This document shows, in pieces, positions 28,218-38,905 of a DNA stretch of 64,000 bases (position 1 is the stretch's first letter; the number at the start of each line of letters is the position of its first letter). A program made the position numbers and the translations under genes. The stretch lies in contig JBBTWJ010000014.1 in assembly GCA_038062895.1 (NCBI GenBank), positions 4,036 through 68,035 of the forward strand, in the 5' to 3' direction. The stretch is from Patescibacteria group bacterium. GTDB lineage: Bacteria > Patescibacteriota > Microgenomatia > UBA10105 > UBA927. The notes beneath the pieces were generated by a model that was not told the DNA's origin, ran no database searches, and saw nothing but the letters and a program-made list of their open reading frames with translations.

Positions 28218-28874
28218 TCAACGAGGGTTCGCCTCTTCTGTTTGGTTCATTACCGTTCTCGTCACGGTCGATGATTTTCCGTATCGGCTGGTTGCAATAA
28301 CGATGATCGTATTGTTTCCCGGCTCGAGAGTCACTTGGTCAAAAAACTTGCCGTCGCCACGCACAAGCACGGATATCCCATTCACCGTCACCGTCGCATC
28401 AGAATCCGTCACCCCGAGTACCTCGACTTTTTTCGTCGTAATGACGGCGCTCTCCTTCGGCGTTTCAATGGTAAGTCCAGGTGGACTTTGGAGTTGTCCA
28501 TATTGGAGACCTAAATATATGAGGAACGCCAAGACCAATCCCATAAAAAGAAATATGAGAAACTTACCCGGGGTCAACTGAAACCACGCGCGGTTCAAAG
28601 ACTGCGCCACTCCCGTTGGGAGAATGGATGATCTGGTTATTTCTTGCGTTTGCCGCCTAAAAAATGCGAGAATCGTGGGAGCCGGAATACCTAAAAACTC
28701 TGCATAGTTTTTTACAAAACCCTTCGCGTACGCTTGCGAGGGAAGACTACTATAGTCATCCGATTCGATACCCGCAAGGAACTTTGCACGAATTTTGGTC
28801 GAAAGTTCCGCCTGTTCAAACGTGAGATGTTTGGCTTCCCTCGCTTCTTTGAGGATAGATCCGACGGTTTTCAT
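28218..28874 (-). CDS. RodZ-like HTH-TM-Ig domain protein
   Basis: VGSILKEARE..., YAKGFVKNYAEFLG, TM, Ig-like C-terminus; follows ftsK. Confidence 0.8.
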   Translation of the reverse strand: MKTVGSILKEAREAKHLTFEQAELSTKIRAKFLAGIESDDYSSLPSQAYAKGFVKNYAEFLGIPAPTILAFFRRQTQEITRSSILPTGVAQSLNRAWFQLTPGKFLIFLFMGLVLAFLIYLGLQYGQLQSPPGLTIETPKESAVITTKKVEVLGVTDSDATVTVNGISVLVRGDGKFFDQVTLEPGNNTIIVIATSRYGKSSTVTRTVMNQTEEANPR

Positions 28875-31054
28875 TGCTGTTGCGCTTGTTGTTGTGCCAG
28901 ATACTCTTCTGCGTTTTTCATAAGGACGTCACGGGGTTTACTACCTTCCCCCGGGCCGATAATGCCTGACTCTTCCAGCTGATCCAAAATCCGCGCCGCC
29001 CGTGCGTAGCCGATCGAAAGCCGGCGCTGGAGAAGCGAAGCGGACGCTTTATCATATTGGCACACGAGCCGGATGGCATCTTCAAAAAGATTATCATGTC
29101 CGTCTCCGCCGGATGTCCCCACGTTCCCCTTTTTGCCACCCACCGGTACGGAGAGACTCGTCACTTCTTCAGTGTACTGGACCGGCATATTTTTACTCCG
29201 AAGAAATTCAACAAGCTTGCTGACTTCCTGCTCCGATACGAACGTTCCCTGGATGCGGCTGGGCTTGGCTTGATCCGGCGGTACGTAGAGCATATCTCCT
29301 TTTCCTAGTAGCTTTTCCGCTCCGGGCATATCGATAACGACCCTCGAGTCGACCATTGAGGAAACGCTAAAAGCGATCCGGGCCGGGACATTGGCTTTGA
29401 TAAGTCCCGTGATGACGTCTACCGACGGCCGTTGGGTAGCAAGCACTAAATGTATCCCGGTTGCCCGGGCCATCTGCGCGATCCGACAAATACTGTCCTC
29501 TACCTCCACAGGAGCATACGCCATGAGATCGGCAAGTTCATCAATGACGATGACGATATAGGGCATCGCTTGGAAACCGGAGAGTTCATTGAAGCTATCG
29601 ATATTTCGCACCCCCACTTCGGCAAACTGCTTATACCGGCTTTCCATTTCTCCCATCGCCCATCGAAGCGATGAAAGAATTTTATCCGGCTCGACGATGA
29701 CAGGAGTGAGAAGATGGGGTATGCCGTTATAACCCGTAAGCTCAACCCGCTTGGGATCAACCATGATAAACCGTACTTCCTGCGGCGTCGTACGAAAAAG
29801 CAGCGAACATATCCACGAGTTGATGAGGACGGATTTTCCTGATCCTGTCGTACCGGCAATCAGGACGTGCGGCATCTTCCCGATATCCCCGATCACTGCA
29901 CTTCCGGATACATCCAGACCCAAAGCAACGGTCAGCTTACTCTTCGCTTTACGCATCACCTCGGATCCAAGCATATTTTTAAGCGTCACAAACTCCAAGC
30001 CTCTATTGGGTATTTCTATGCCGACGAGCTTTTTCCCCGGAATCGGTGCTTCTATACGGACCTGGCCCGTGGGAGCCGCGAGAGCCAAAGCGAGATCACT
30101 GGAAAGTGCAGTGATCTTGGATACTTTGGTCCCCAGAGCAATCTCGAGGGCATATTGGGTGACTGCCGGGCCTTTATTGACTTCTACCACATCTGCTTTG
30201 ATGCCAAACCCTTCTAACGTTTTTTCGATAACCTGCGCATTATCGCGTACATCACCCCTGTCCGCTTTACCACCCGGCCCGTCGGAGAGAAGCGAAAGCG
30301 GCGGATATTCCCAGACGGCTGTGCCCTCTCCCGCCTGCGCGTTTGCCAGTGGAACTTGAATCTTCAATTCGGATTTAGGCGTTGCGGCAGACTTATCTCC
30401 ACCGGACACAGGTGGCGGCACCATGGGCGCTTTTGCAGACAGTCTCCCATCATCACCGCCTTTAATTCTTAAGATAGGTTTATCTTCTCTCTCAAAAAGA
30501 GGCTTTTCGCGCCGGCCGGTCATACGCTCGAGCGCCGTATTTGCCCATTCGAAGATGGCCTGCGCCCCCATAAATAAAAAGTTCATAAACCGGTCAAGAG
30601 AAGCGTTAAAAAGAACGATGAGACTTATCATAAAAAGTCCAAGTGCCGCGATGACTGCTCCTTCCGGAGCGATTGCTCCCGATAAAAGCGACCACAAGAA
30701 AACTCCCATATCCCCCGATTGCGTGAGTGTCGCCAGCGAAATGAGCATGAGCCCAATACCTAAGGGCACGTTGGGACGACCGATGTCTGATTTGACTTTA
30801 AAAAACAGAAAACTCGCCGATACGAGAAATGGGGGGGTGAGATACATGATCCACCCGACGTGGGTAGTAAGAGCGTCCCGAAGCGACGTAAGCACGGTGC
30901 CTTCACCGAAAAACGAAAGCGTAATAACTGCCGCAAACAGCCACATCCAGATCGCCCCGACGGTATACACCGTCTGTTGTTTGAGTTTAAATTGGAAGGG
31001 GCTGTGCTTCTTGTACCTTCTGCGCTTTCCCCCGCCAAAGATTGACCGTTTCAT
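28871..31054 (-). CDS. ftsK: DNA translocase FtsK
   Basis: 4-TM N-terminus, PHVLIAGTTGSGKS, IDELADLM, ATQRPSVDVITG, gamma domain LQRRLSIGYARAAR. Confidence 0.96.
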   Translation of the reverse strand: MKRSIFGGGKRRRYKKHSPFQFKLKQQTVYTVGAIWMWLFAAVITLSFFGEGTVLTSLRDALTTHVGWIMYLTPPFLVSASFLFFKVKSDIGRPNVPLGIGLMLISLATLTQSGDMGVFLWSLLSGAIAPEGAVIAALGLFMISLIVLFNASLDRFMNFLFMGAQAIFEWANTALERMTGRREKPLFEREDKPILRIKGGDDGRLSAKAPMVPPPVSGGDKSAATPKSELKIQVPLANAQAGEGTAVWEYPPLSLLSDGPGGKADRGDVRDNAQVIEKTLEGFGIKADVVEVNKGPAVTQYALEIALGTKVSKITALSSDLALALAAPTGQVRIEAPIPGKKLVGIEIPNRGLEFVTLKNMLGSEVMRKAKSKLTVALGLDVSGSAVIGDIGKMPHVLIAGTTGSGKSVLINSWICSLLFRTTPQEVRFIMVDPKRVELTGYNGIPHLLTPVIVEPDKILSSLRWAMGEMESRYKQFAEVGVRNIDSFNELSGFQAMPYIVIVIDELADLMAYAPVEVEDSICRIAQMARATGIHLVLATQRPSVDVITGLIKANVPARIAFSVSSMVDSRVVIDMPGAEKLLGKGDMLYVPPDQAKPSRIQGTFVSEQEVSKLVEFLRSKNMPVQYTEEVTSLSVPVGGKKGNVGTSGGDGHDNLFEDAIRLVCQYDKASASLLQRRLSIGYARAARILDQLEESGIIGPGEGSKPRDVLMKNAEEYLAQQQAQQQ

Positions 31055-31105
31055 CGTAAAAACTAGTATAGAAGGATATGGCGCTACTGGCAAGCTTGAG
31101 GACAA

Positions 31106-32833
31106 TCAAACTTCCACGATCACCGGAACGATGAGGGGGTGGCGGCCGGTTTCTTTCGCCAAGAGGCTAGAAAGATTTTCGCTGATTTGCTTCCTCACAA
31201 AAAGCCAGTCCATCATCCGGCCTTTCTTGAGACGCAGCGATTGGAGAATAACGTGTCGGGCTTGATCCAGAAGTACTCCCGAGTCTTTCATATACACAAA
31301 GCCACGGGATATGATATCCGGACCACTCGTCACCTTGCCGGTAGACTTCTGAATTGGGATGACGACTACCACGATGCCTTCCGTGGCAATCGTCTGCCGG
31401 TCGCGCAGAACCACACTCCCTACGTCTCCCACACCGAGTCCGTCAACCATCACGTTTTCCAACTCAACGGTCTCAACCACCCGAGGCGGATTATGAGGGC
31501 TAAACTCCAATACCTGCCCCTCCTCCGGGACGAGAACATCTTTTTTGTCGAACCCCAAATCTTGCGCGAGCCGCCGATATTGCATAAGGTGCTTATAGGT
31601 GCCGCCGATCGGAAAAACATACCGCGGCCCCAGAGCGGACAAAAGAAGCATCATATCCCCCTGGCTCCCATGGCCGGAGATGTGAAGATCTTCCATGATA
31701 TCGCTATAAGAAACCCGCGCGCCTTTGCGGTAAATCTGATCGATGAGGTTATTGACATCATGTTCCCGTCCCGGTATGGGATCAGCGGAAATGATCACCG
31801 TATCCCCTTCATCTAAAGTCACAAATCGATGATTATCATTGGCAATCCGTGACAGAGCGCTATCCGGCTGACCCTGGCTACCGGCCACGACCAAAAATTG
31901 TTTGGTAGCCGGCACCCGCTTGAGATCCCGGTCACGCACCAGCGCTTCGCGCTCAAACTTCATGTAGCCGAGCTTAACGGACTCCTCGACGTTTTGGTCT
32001 ATGCTGCGCCCCAAGAATGTCACGTGTCTGCCATATTGGATAGCCAGCTCAATCGCCCTCTGGATGCGCGATATATTGCTGGACTGTGTCGTAAAGAGCA
32101 CTTTTCCGGTTGCGAGTTTCAGCTCCTTCTCGATCGTCTCTCCGACGACCTGCTCGGAGGGCGTAAATCCCGGCCGTTCGCTGCCAAGTGAATCAGACAA
32201 AAGACACAAGACTCCTCGTTTGCCCACCGCATTGATTTTGGCAAGTTCCGAGCGCTTGCCGTCCAGAGGATCAAAATCAAACTTAAAATCACTGCCATGA
32301 TAAAAAATTCCCATCGGTGTTTCGATGATGAGATTGGCAGCATCCGGCACCGAATGGGTCATGCGCACAAATGATACGGTAAACGCACCGATGATCAATG
32401 TTTTGTCAAACTCCACGGGCGTGACCCGGGTGTTGAGTTTAATCTCCCGGAGTTTGATATTGGCAAATGCTGCCGTCAGCGTCGTCCCCCACATGGGGAC
32501 GTTGCCGAGCTTGCTATAGACATACGGAATGCCGCCGATATGGTCGTCGTGACCGTGTGTGAAGACGAGTCCGCGGATATATTGTTTTTTATTTTCCAAA
32601 TACCGGACGTCCGGAATGACCACATCCACCCCATACATTTCAGGATCCGGAAACCCTATCCCGCAATCCACAATGAGAATATCACGGATCTTTCCCTCTA
32701 CACGGTACTCATACACAAACATATTTTTCGTTACGTTGCCCGTGCCCCCAAGCGGGATGATCCGGACCGAATCTTTACCGGTTTTTGAGGATCCCTGAAA
32801 AATCGTCCTGTGCTGTGTTTTCCAAAAACTCAT
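31106..32833 (-). CDS. rnj: ribonuclease J
   Basis: THGHDDHIG, HSVPD, SDFKFD, HISGHG. Confidence 0.93.
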   Translation of the reverse strand: MSFWKTQHRTIFQGSSKTGKDSVRIIPLGGTGNVTKNMFVYEYRVEGKIRDILIVDCGIGFPDPEMYGVDVVIPDVRYLENKKQYIRGLVFTHGHDDHIGGIPYVYSKLGNVPMWGTTLTAAFANIKLREIKLNTRVTPVEFDKTLIIGAFTVSFVRMTHSVPDAANLIIETPMGIFYHGSDFKFDFDPLDGKRSELAKINAVGKRGVLCLLSDSLGSERPGFTPSEQVVGETIEKELKLATGKVLFTTQSSNISRIQRAIELAIQYGRHVTFLGRSIDQNVEESVKLGYMKFEREALVRDRDLKRVPATKQFLVVAGSQGQPDSALSRIANDNHRFVTLDEGDTVIISADPIPGREHDVNNLIDQIYRKGARVSYSDIMEDLHISGHGSQGDMMLLLSALGPRYVFPIGGTYKHLMQYRRLAQDLGFDKKDVLVPEEGQVLEFSPHNPPRVVETVELENVMVDGLGVGDVGSVVLRDRQTIATEGIVVVVIPIQKSTGKVTSGPDIISRGFVYMKDSGVLLDQARHVILQSLRLKKGRMMDWLFVRKQISENLSSLLAKETGRHPLIVPVIVEV

Positions 32834-33317
32834 AATTTTCAAATTCCAAATCCTAATTTCTAAATCCTAAATAATTTCAAAATATAAAATTCAAATGTCT
32901 AAAACAATCACTTATTCCGATTTTGTAACAATCGACCCAAAAATTTTACAGAACTCATTGGCTTCTTGTATCAACCGAATTCTTTCTTTCTCTAACGTTT
33001 CGTTTTGACTTATAACAATAAGTTGAAGCCAATATTTGGACTCCTTAGATTCTTTTCTACAAATCTTGATTCGATGAAAAAAATCTTTCTTACTTATAGC
33101 TTCATTCGCCTCTATATAGTTGGCCCCAATAGATCCAGACGATCGAATTAATTGAGGGCCATCTTCAATATTAGAGATTGTCCGTGATAGATGTATCACC
33201 AAACTGCGACAATCACGGGCAAAAATAAACGTTCGTTCTTCAAGATCATAGTGTTTGTGCATTGGTATTTCGGTCATTTGAATTTGTTTAGGATTTAGTG
33301 TTTAGAATTTAGGATTT
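32834..33317. mobile_element. heptamer inverted-repeat element carrying a four-helix-bundle gene
   Basis: Same left and right arms as 28060-28181 and 38906-39036, here flanking ORF 32912-33277; mobility is inferred. Confidence 0.55.
32912..33277 (-). CDS. four-helix-bundle protein (23S rRNA IVP/bAvd-like family)
   Basis: YDLEERT..FA, QLIRSSGSIGANYIEANEA.SKKDF, ICRKESKESKYWL. Confidence 0.9.
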   Translation of the reverse strand: MTEIPMHKHYDLEERTFIFARDCRSLVIHLSRTISNIEDGPQLIRSSGSIGANYIEANEAISKKDFFHRIKICRKESKESKYWLQLIVISQNETLEKERIRLIQEANEFCKIFGSIVTKSE

Positions 33318-33323
33318 CCTAAA

Positions 33324-34424
33324 TCAATACGTCTCCATATACTCCTTCATATTTTTTTGTGTGATGTGGAAACTCTTACCCTTTCCTTCCACAATCATCC
33401 TGGCTACCTTCCGGCACAGGGCATTCATCGTCCGCTCAAGACTACGGATACCGGCATCATAACCCAGAGGACGGACAAGTTTGGGCCAGAGCTCCTCATC
33501 AATGGTTAAATTTTCGCCCGTCAGTCCCGACTCCCGCATAAGTTGCGGCATGACATAGTCTTTGGCAATTTTAATCTTCTCTTCATCGCTATATGATGGC
33601 ATCTGTATCGGCTCGATGCGGTCCAGGACGGCGGTGGCGATATTGGTGGTATTATTGCCGGTCGCAATGAAGAGTACCTCTGAAAGATCAAACGGAAAGT
33701 CCAAATAGTGATCGGTAAACGCTACATTTTGTTCCGGATCCAAAAGTTCCACTAACACCCCCATGATATCTCCGCGAGTCCCTTCCGCTACCCGGTCGAT
33801 TTCATCCAGTAACATCACCGGATTACGGCTTCCGGCAAACCGGAGCCCTTTGAGGATAAGCCCAATCTCCGCATCCGGTCGGACCCGCGACTGACCACGC
33901 AGATCCAACGCATCGCTCATGCCGCCAAACGGAATTCTTATGAACCTGCGTCCCATAGATTCGGCAATAGACTTGGCAAGCGTCGTTTTCCCGGTTCCCA
34001 CGAGTCCAACGAGGCAAAGAATGGGGGCCCGCCGGGCTAGGATGGAATGGGAAAGTTTCGCTTCTTTATTTTGCCCTTCCTCTTTCTTTTGTTCCTCGTC
34101 CCACCGTAGTTTATTGAGTTTGAGTATCGCAAGATATTCTAAAATTCTTTCTTTCACCGGCTCCAGACCGTAATGGTGCTTATCCAGTATTTCGCGCGCA
34201 CGTACTAAGTCCACGACATCCGTGGTCCGGACATTCCACGGAAGATTCACGACCCAATCCACGTACCGCAACATCTGCTCGATATGGACACGGGAGCTGA
34301 TATCATGCTCAAGCCGAACGATCTCATCAAGATTTCCTTGGACGCGGGACTGGAGCGCTTCTGGCAAGCGCGCTTCGGTAACTTTTTTCCGCAGGCTTTC
34401 TACTTCTTCAATCATTTTAGACAT
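33324..34424 (-). CDS. Lon-like AAA+ ATPase lacking the protease domain
   Basis: HYGLEPVKERILEYLA, GLVGTGKTT, NPVMLLDEID, LLDPEQN..F.DHY; ORF stops before the Ser-Lys domain. Confidence 0.85.
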   Translation of the reverse strand: MSKMIEEVESLRKKVTEARLPEALQSRVQGNLDEIVRLEHDISSRVHIEQMLRYVDWVVNLPWNVRTTDVVDLVRAREILDKHHYGLEPVKERILEYLAILKLNKLRWDEEQKKEEGQNKEAKLSHSILARRAPILCLVGLVGTGKTTLAKSIAESMGRRFIRIPFGGMSDALDLRGQSRVRPDAEIGLILKGLRFAGSRNPVMLLDEIDRVAEGTRGDIMGVLVELLDPEQNVAFTDHYLDFPFDLSEVLFIATGNNTTNIATAVLDRIEPIQMPSYSDEEKIKIAKDYVMPQLMRESGLTGENLTIDEELWPKLVRPLGYDAGIRSLERTMNALCRKVARMIVEGKGKSFHITQKNMKEYMETY

Positions 34425-34493
34425 ATACTCATCATAACCTAACGTCTTTGGAGAAAAAAGAGTGAGGGTTCCTTTGAAGGGTACGGTGTATTC

Positions 34494-36659
34494 CTAAAAT
34501 CTCCTATTCCCCCGGTTAAATGGACGACGGGGACGATCACCGAAATCATGGTGCTCGCGGGGAGGCGCTTTTTTGGCATCCTCGCCGAAGAGCATAGAGA
34601 GATTGACGCGTTTCTGGTCGTCTATCTCCATCACCCTGACTTTTACTTTTTGACCAAGAGCGACCACGTCATTCGGAGAGCTCACAAATCCTGTGGACAT
34701 CTGGGATACGTGCACCATGCCTTCTTTACCCGGCAACACCTCAACAAATGCACCGAACGGTAAAATCCGTTTGACCTCTCCTTCGTATTCATCGCCGGGT
34801 ACCAAGTCTTTGGTGAGTCCCTCTACCCACTCCACGGCCTTTGCTACCGCTTCGTCCGAACCGGAAATCATGACGGATCCATCATCCTCGACATCCACCG
34901 TGGCTCCGGTTGTGGCGATAATCTGCCGGATCATCTTGCCTCCGGGTCCGATGACTTCGCCAATTTTTTCTGTAGGAATTTTCACAACTTTTACCCGGGG
35001 TGCATACTGGGAGAGAGTTTTCCGAGACTCCGGCAATGTAGCAAGCATGACTTCTAAAATCTTCATTCTCGCGCTTTGAGCCCGGGTCAGCGTTTCACTC
35101 ACCATCTCATCGGTAATGCCGTCAATCTTCATGTCAAGCTGAATTGCGGTAATCCCATTTTTCGTACCCGCGACTTTAAAGTCCATATCTCCGGCAAAAT
35201 CCTCGATGCCGAGAATATCGGTAAGAAGGACGTATTTTTTCTCATCCGTCATGAGACCGATGGAAATACCTGCGACCGGCTCTTTTATGGGAACTCCGGC
35301 ATCCATGAGGGCAAGGGTTGATCCGCATGTTGAGGCCATGGACGTCGATCCATTACTGGACATAATTTCTGACACGAGACGGATGGTATACGGAAACTCG
35401 TCTTCTGACGGAATGACGGAGAGAAGAGCGCGTTCGGCAAGTGCTCCGTGACCAATCTCTCGGCGGCTCGGAGTCCCGACTCTGCCGGTCTCTCCCACAG
35501 AGTATGGCGGCATGCTGTAGTGATGGATATATCGTTTGGATTCTTCACCGATCGGACTTTCGAGAAGTTGAGCGAGAGCCGGTGTGCCCAATGTCACGAT
35601 CGTGAGAGCCTGTGTCTGACCGCGCTTAAACATAGCGCTTCCGTGCGTCCTGGGAAGAATTCCTACGTCCACAGAAATGGGCCGGATTTCATCAAGCTTC
35701 CGCCCGTCAAACCGTTTCGCTTTGGTCAGAACCAATTCCCGGACTTGTTTTTTAAATAGCGCGTCCAGAGCCTCTTCTATCGCCTTCACACTATATTGCG
35801 TGCCATACGCCTCCGCGATCGTTTTGGAAAGAGCCACGACCTCATCACCGCCAAATTCTTTTTCTGCTTTTTTGGCAAACGCTTCAGTCATTTCTTTCTT
35901 GTAGTCATCCGTGATCTTCTTTTTGAGCTCATCGGCGGCGCTTACCTCCGGCACCGCGACTTTCGGCTTACCGACTTCGCGGGCGAGTGAGTCAATGAGG
36001 TCAATAAGCTTGACATTGGCTTCTTTCGCTTTTTGTACGGCTTCAAATACCACTGCCTCGGGCGTTTCACAAAATCCCCCTTCAAGCATCATGGTTTTCT
36101 CTTTCGTGCTGGCAATGACAAAATCAAACTCACTCTGCGCCTGCTCCGGAAGGGTTGGATTAATGATAAACTTACTGTCCCCATTTTCATTCACGTATCC
36201 CACCCGGCAACCTGCTATCGGTCCGTTCCAGGGGATCGGCGAGATGGCAATAGCCGCGCTCACGGCGACTAATGCCAAGACATCCGGGTCGTTTTCTGCA
36301 TCGACAGAAAGAACGGTGATGATGACCTGCACATCATGCTTATATGATTTCGGAAACAACGGACGGATGGACCGGTCAATAATACGGCCGGCAAGCACGG
36401 CATCATCCGTCGGCCTTCCTTCGCGCTTGACCCACCGGCTGCCTTTAATCCTGCCCCCGGCATAAAGCCGCTCGACGTATTCCACGCTTAATGGAAAATA
36501 ATCAAGAGTTGTTTCTTTAGAAGATGCGGTAACGGTTGCCAGAACCATCGTATCGCCAAAACGTGCCAATACCGCCGCAGATGCCTGTTCGGCAAATCGG
36601 CCAACTTCTAAAGAAAGTTCTTTCCCGTTTAACTCTATGAATTTTTTGACAAGCTTCAT
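34494..36659 (-). CDS. pnp: polyribonucleotide nucleotidyltransferase
   Basis: RREIGHGALAERAL, SNGSTSMAS, GDMDFKVAGT, KH and S1 domains. Confidence 0.97.
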   Translation of the reverse strand: MKLVKKFIELNGKELSLEVGRFAEQASAAVLARFGDTMVLATVTASSKETTLDYFPLSVEYVERLYAGGRIKGSRWVKREGRPTDDAVLAGRIIDRSIRPLFPKSYKHDVQVIITVLSVDAENDPDVLALVAVSAAIAISPIPWNGPIAGCRVGYVNENGDSKFIINPTLPEQAQSEFDFVIASTKEKTMMLEGGFCETPEAVVFEAVQKAKEANVKLIDLIDSLAREVGKPKVAVPEVSAADELKKKITDDYKKEMTEAFAKKAEKEFGGDEVVALSKTIAEAYGTQYSVKAIEEALDALFKKQVRELVLTKAKRFDGRKLDEIRPISVDVGILPRTHGSAMFKRGQTQALTIVTLGTPALAQLLESPIGEESKRYIHHYSMPPYSVGETGRVGTPSRREIGHGALAERALLSVIPSEDEFPYTIRLVSEIMSSNGSTSMASTCGSTLALMDAGVPIKEPVAGISIGLMTDEKKYVLLTDILGIEDFAGDMDFKVAGTKNGITAIQLDMKIDGITDEMVSETLTRAQSARMKILEVMLATLPESRKTLSQYAPRVKVVKIPTEKIGEVIGPGGKMIRQIIATTGATVDVEDDGSVMISGSDEAVAKAVEWVEGLTKDLVPGDEYEGEVKRILPFGAFVEVLPGKEGMVHVSQMSTGFVSSPNDVVALGQKVKVRVMEIDDQKRVNLSMLFGEDAKKAPPREHHDFGDRPRRPFNRGNRRF

Positions 36660-36673
36660 GAAAAAATATTTAT

Positions 36674-36765
36674 GAGGGAATGTTTGAAGTGAGATTGCTT
36701 GAACTGTTCATCCGCGCGTCTGCGGATCAATACCTCAAGAGATCACACTTCATGGATACTTCCCT
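36674..36765 (-). promoter_or_regulatory. long stem-loop in the pnp leader (possible RNase III site)
   Basis: GAGGGAA/TTCCCTC, TGAAGTG/CACTTCA and CTTGA/TCAAG nested pairs. Confidence 0.5.
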
Positions 36766-36836
36766 CTCTCACACGAGTATACAACCTTTGTCATTCCTAC
36801 GCTAGAAGCAATAATCAGGAGTCTCGTGGATGACGA

Positions 36837-37259
36837 TCACTTTGCGAGTCCCAATTTCTGCGATACTTCTTTAAATCGAGCAACGTCTTTTTTCTCAAGG
36901 TAGTTAAGGAGACGTCGGCGCTTACTGACGATACCGAGCAATCCGCGTCTCGAATGGTTATCCGACGGATTACTCTTGAGATGTCCGACGAGCTTCTCGA
37001 TCCGCTTGGTCAGAAGTGCAACCTGCACTTCAGGACTCCCCGTATCCCCGGCTTTCACCTGAAATTGCGTGATGACTTCTTGCTTTTCTGCGCTCGGGGC
37101 AGCCACGGGACCAGTCTGTGCTTCAGCGGCTTTTGCCTTTTTGGTTAATTTGGTAGGCTTGGCTTGCTTCGCCGGTTTTGTATCCACTTTCACCGCTTTC
37201 ATTTTTACGGCACCGGTTTTTTTGGTCTTGGCAGTCTTTGTTGTTTTTTTTACTGGCAT
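36837..37259 (-). CDS. rpsO: 30S ribosomal protein S15 with Lys/Ala-rich N-terminal extension
   Basis: [13 protein letters not shown]..., [20 protein letters not shown]. Confidence 0.95.
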   Translation of the reverse strand: MPVKKTTKTAKTKKTGAVKMKAVKVDTKPAKQAKPTKLTKKAKAAEAQTGPVAAPSAEKQEVITQFQVKAGDTGSPEVQVALLTKRIEKLVGHLKSNPSDNHSRRGLLGIVSKRRRLLNYLEKKDVARFKEVSQKLGLAK

Positions 37260-37284
37260 AGTCGAAGTACTGATGATTCAATAG

Positions 37285-37599
37285 TTAAAAAATGAAGCAC
37301 TTGTGCGCTCCACTTAAGATGTAGTTTACATGATTACAACCCAAAAAACAAGGGATTATTGCTATACCGCTGTTGTTGGCGACCTCCTCTATCTCGTGCA
37401 ACAATATCGCACCATCTGATACATGATGAGGATTGTTTTCCTTAAATTTCTCACAACGCCTACGTATCACCCGGGCAAATTCAAGATAAAACAGCGTCTG
37501 TTCCTCCTGCAGGAGTGTGTCGATACGATAATGATGGATCAGTTGTTCAAGGAGGCTAAAAATCTGCGGGTCATTGGTATCCAGAAGTATAGTATTCAT
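37285..37599 (-). CDS. hypothetical protein
   Basis: ORF co-oriented with the operon. Confidence 0.4.
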   Translation of the reverse strand: MNTILLDTNDPQIFSLLEQLIHHYRIDTLLQEEQTLFYLEFARVIRRRCEKFKENNPHHVSDGAILLHEIEEVANNSGIAIIPCFLGCNHVNYILSGAHKCFIF

Positions 37600-37624
37600 G
37601 GCAGAGTAAAAAAATCGAAAATTA

Positions 37625-37918
37625 TCACATAATCTCTTGACCATGACCTTTTTCAACAAAAAAACCTCTTCCGTCTGCTTTGAGCACACTCACTGTGTAG
37701 CTATCATCGTACACAAACAGCGTGTATGGTACCGTATCGCCACGAGCATTCATGCGTCCTTCTAAATAGTTCACAGCTCTAAAGCAGCCTTTGGGGTCAC
37801 CGTTATCATTTAATCCACAACATCCAAATCGAGTTTCTGTATATATACATACACCACTAGCTCCACCGATTGAACAAGGGAAACATTCTTTAACTTTTTT
37901 CGGGTTAGTGAGACTCAT
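37625..37918 (-). CDS. hypothetical Cys-rich protein
   Basis: ATG-start ORF co-oriented with the operon. Confidence 0.4.
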   Translation of the reverse strand: MSLTNPKKVKECFPCSIGGASGVCIYTETRFGCCGLNDNGDPKGCFRAVNYLEGRMNARGDTVPYTLFVYDDSYTVSVLKADGRGFFVEKGHGQEIM

Positions 37919-37931
37919 AAATCATTATCTA

Positions 37932-38897
37932 TTACAATAAATTTGAGCTCTTAAATATCTTCGGCTTGAGCCAGTCGGCTGGAGCTTGCCCACCGGAAGA
38001 TACCGGCTGACCCATTGGTTGCATTCCTTCATGAGCCGTAACGTGAGGATGCGGGTGATCATGTACAGTCTGGGAGACGAATGGTTGCGTCGTAGTTTCC
38101 ATGGGCTGAGATACCACGGTTTCTTCAAATGGCTTTTCTTCCGGAGTGGGAACAACTTGCGCCCCAAACCGCTTCCCGCCGGCTTTGAGAGCAACGGATG
38201 CCACATCAAAGGCTCCTGCGGAGACATTGGCTGCGGTAAAATTAGTGGTCCCGCCATACACAGCGTTGAGGAGGTTGGTCGCAATATCAACAGTCAGCTT
38301 GACGCCGAGCATCGAAAGGACCCGTGCGACGACTTCGGCGGTGGTCGAGGCTGCCATATCAACGACATTAACCGCCCCATATAATGCATTATTCGGATGC
38401 CGGTCGACGTTCACGATCTGTTTACCGGCAAAAAGGTCCTTATTGCCTTCGTATAACTTTTTTAATCCCCCAAGGTGAATCGTGTTCACGGAAAATATGA
38501 GGTCCGCGCTGCCACTTGCATAAGAATAGTGTACTTTCTCCTGGGAAAAAGTCTCAAATCCAACCCTTGGCTCAACCACGAGATTAAATTTATCGCCTTC
38601 GATATTGTAGCTGACTTTTTCTATCGACCCGTCGACGTAGTCGAGCGAAATGACAAAATTTTTCTTCGCGGAAAGATCAGTAATCACCTTGTTCACCCCG
38701 ACGTATCCAGATAACCCGACCGTAATCGCATCCGGACAAGCAATAGTCACCTTTTTTCCAAGGCTTAAGAGACCTAAATACAACGCGAGGCTTGCGCCGG
38801 TGCTGTCGTCTGTGGGATTTTCATGCGTAACGATCAGGACATCCTTGGCTTTTGCCAACATATCCTTGATCTTGGTGACTTCAGCTTGATAGTCCAT
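37932..38897 (-). CDS. DHH-family phosphoesterase-like protein (degenerate)
   Basis: THENPTDDS, NVDRHPNN (DHH changed to DRH), ASTTAEVV, IATNLL; no DHHA1 domain. Confidence 0.75.
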   Translation of the reverse strand: MDYQAEVTKIKDMLAKAKDVLIVTHENPTDDSTGASLALYLGLLSLGKKVTIACPDAITVGLSGYVGVNKVITDLSAKKNFVISLDYVDGSIEKVSYNIEGDKFNLVVEPRVGFETFSQEKVHYSYASGSADLIFSVNTIHLGGLKKLYEGNKDLFAGKQIVNVDRHPNNALYGAVNVVDMAASTTAEVVARVLSMLGVKLTVDIATNLLNAVYGGTTNFTAANVSAGAFDVASVALKAGGKRFGAQVVPTPEEKPFEETVVSQPMETTTQPFVSQTVHDHPHPHVTAHEGMQPMGQPVSSGGQAPADWLKPKIFKSSNLL

Positions 38898-38905
38898 ATA
38901 TTCTC

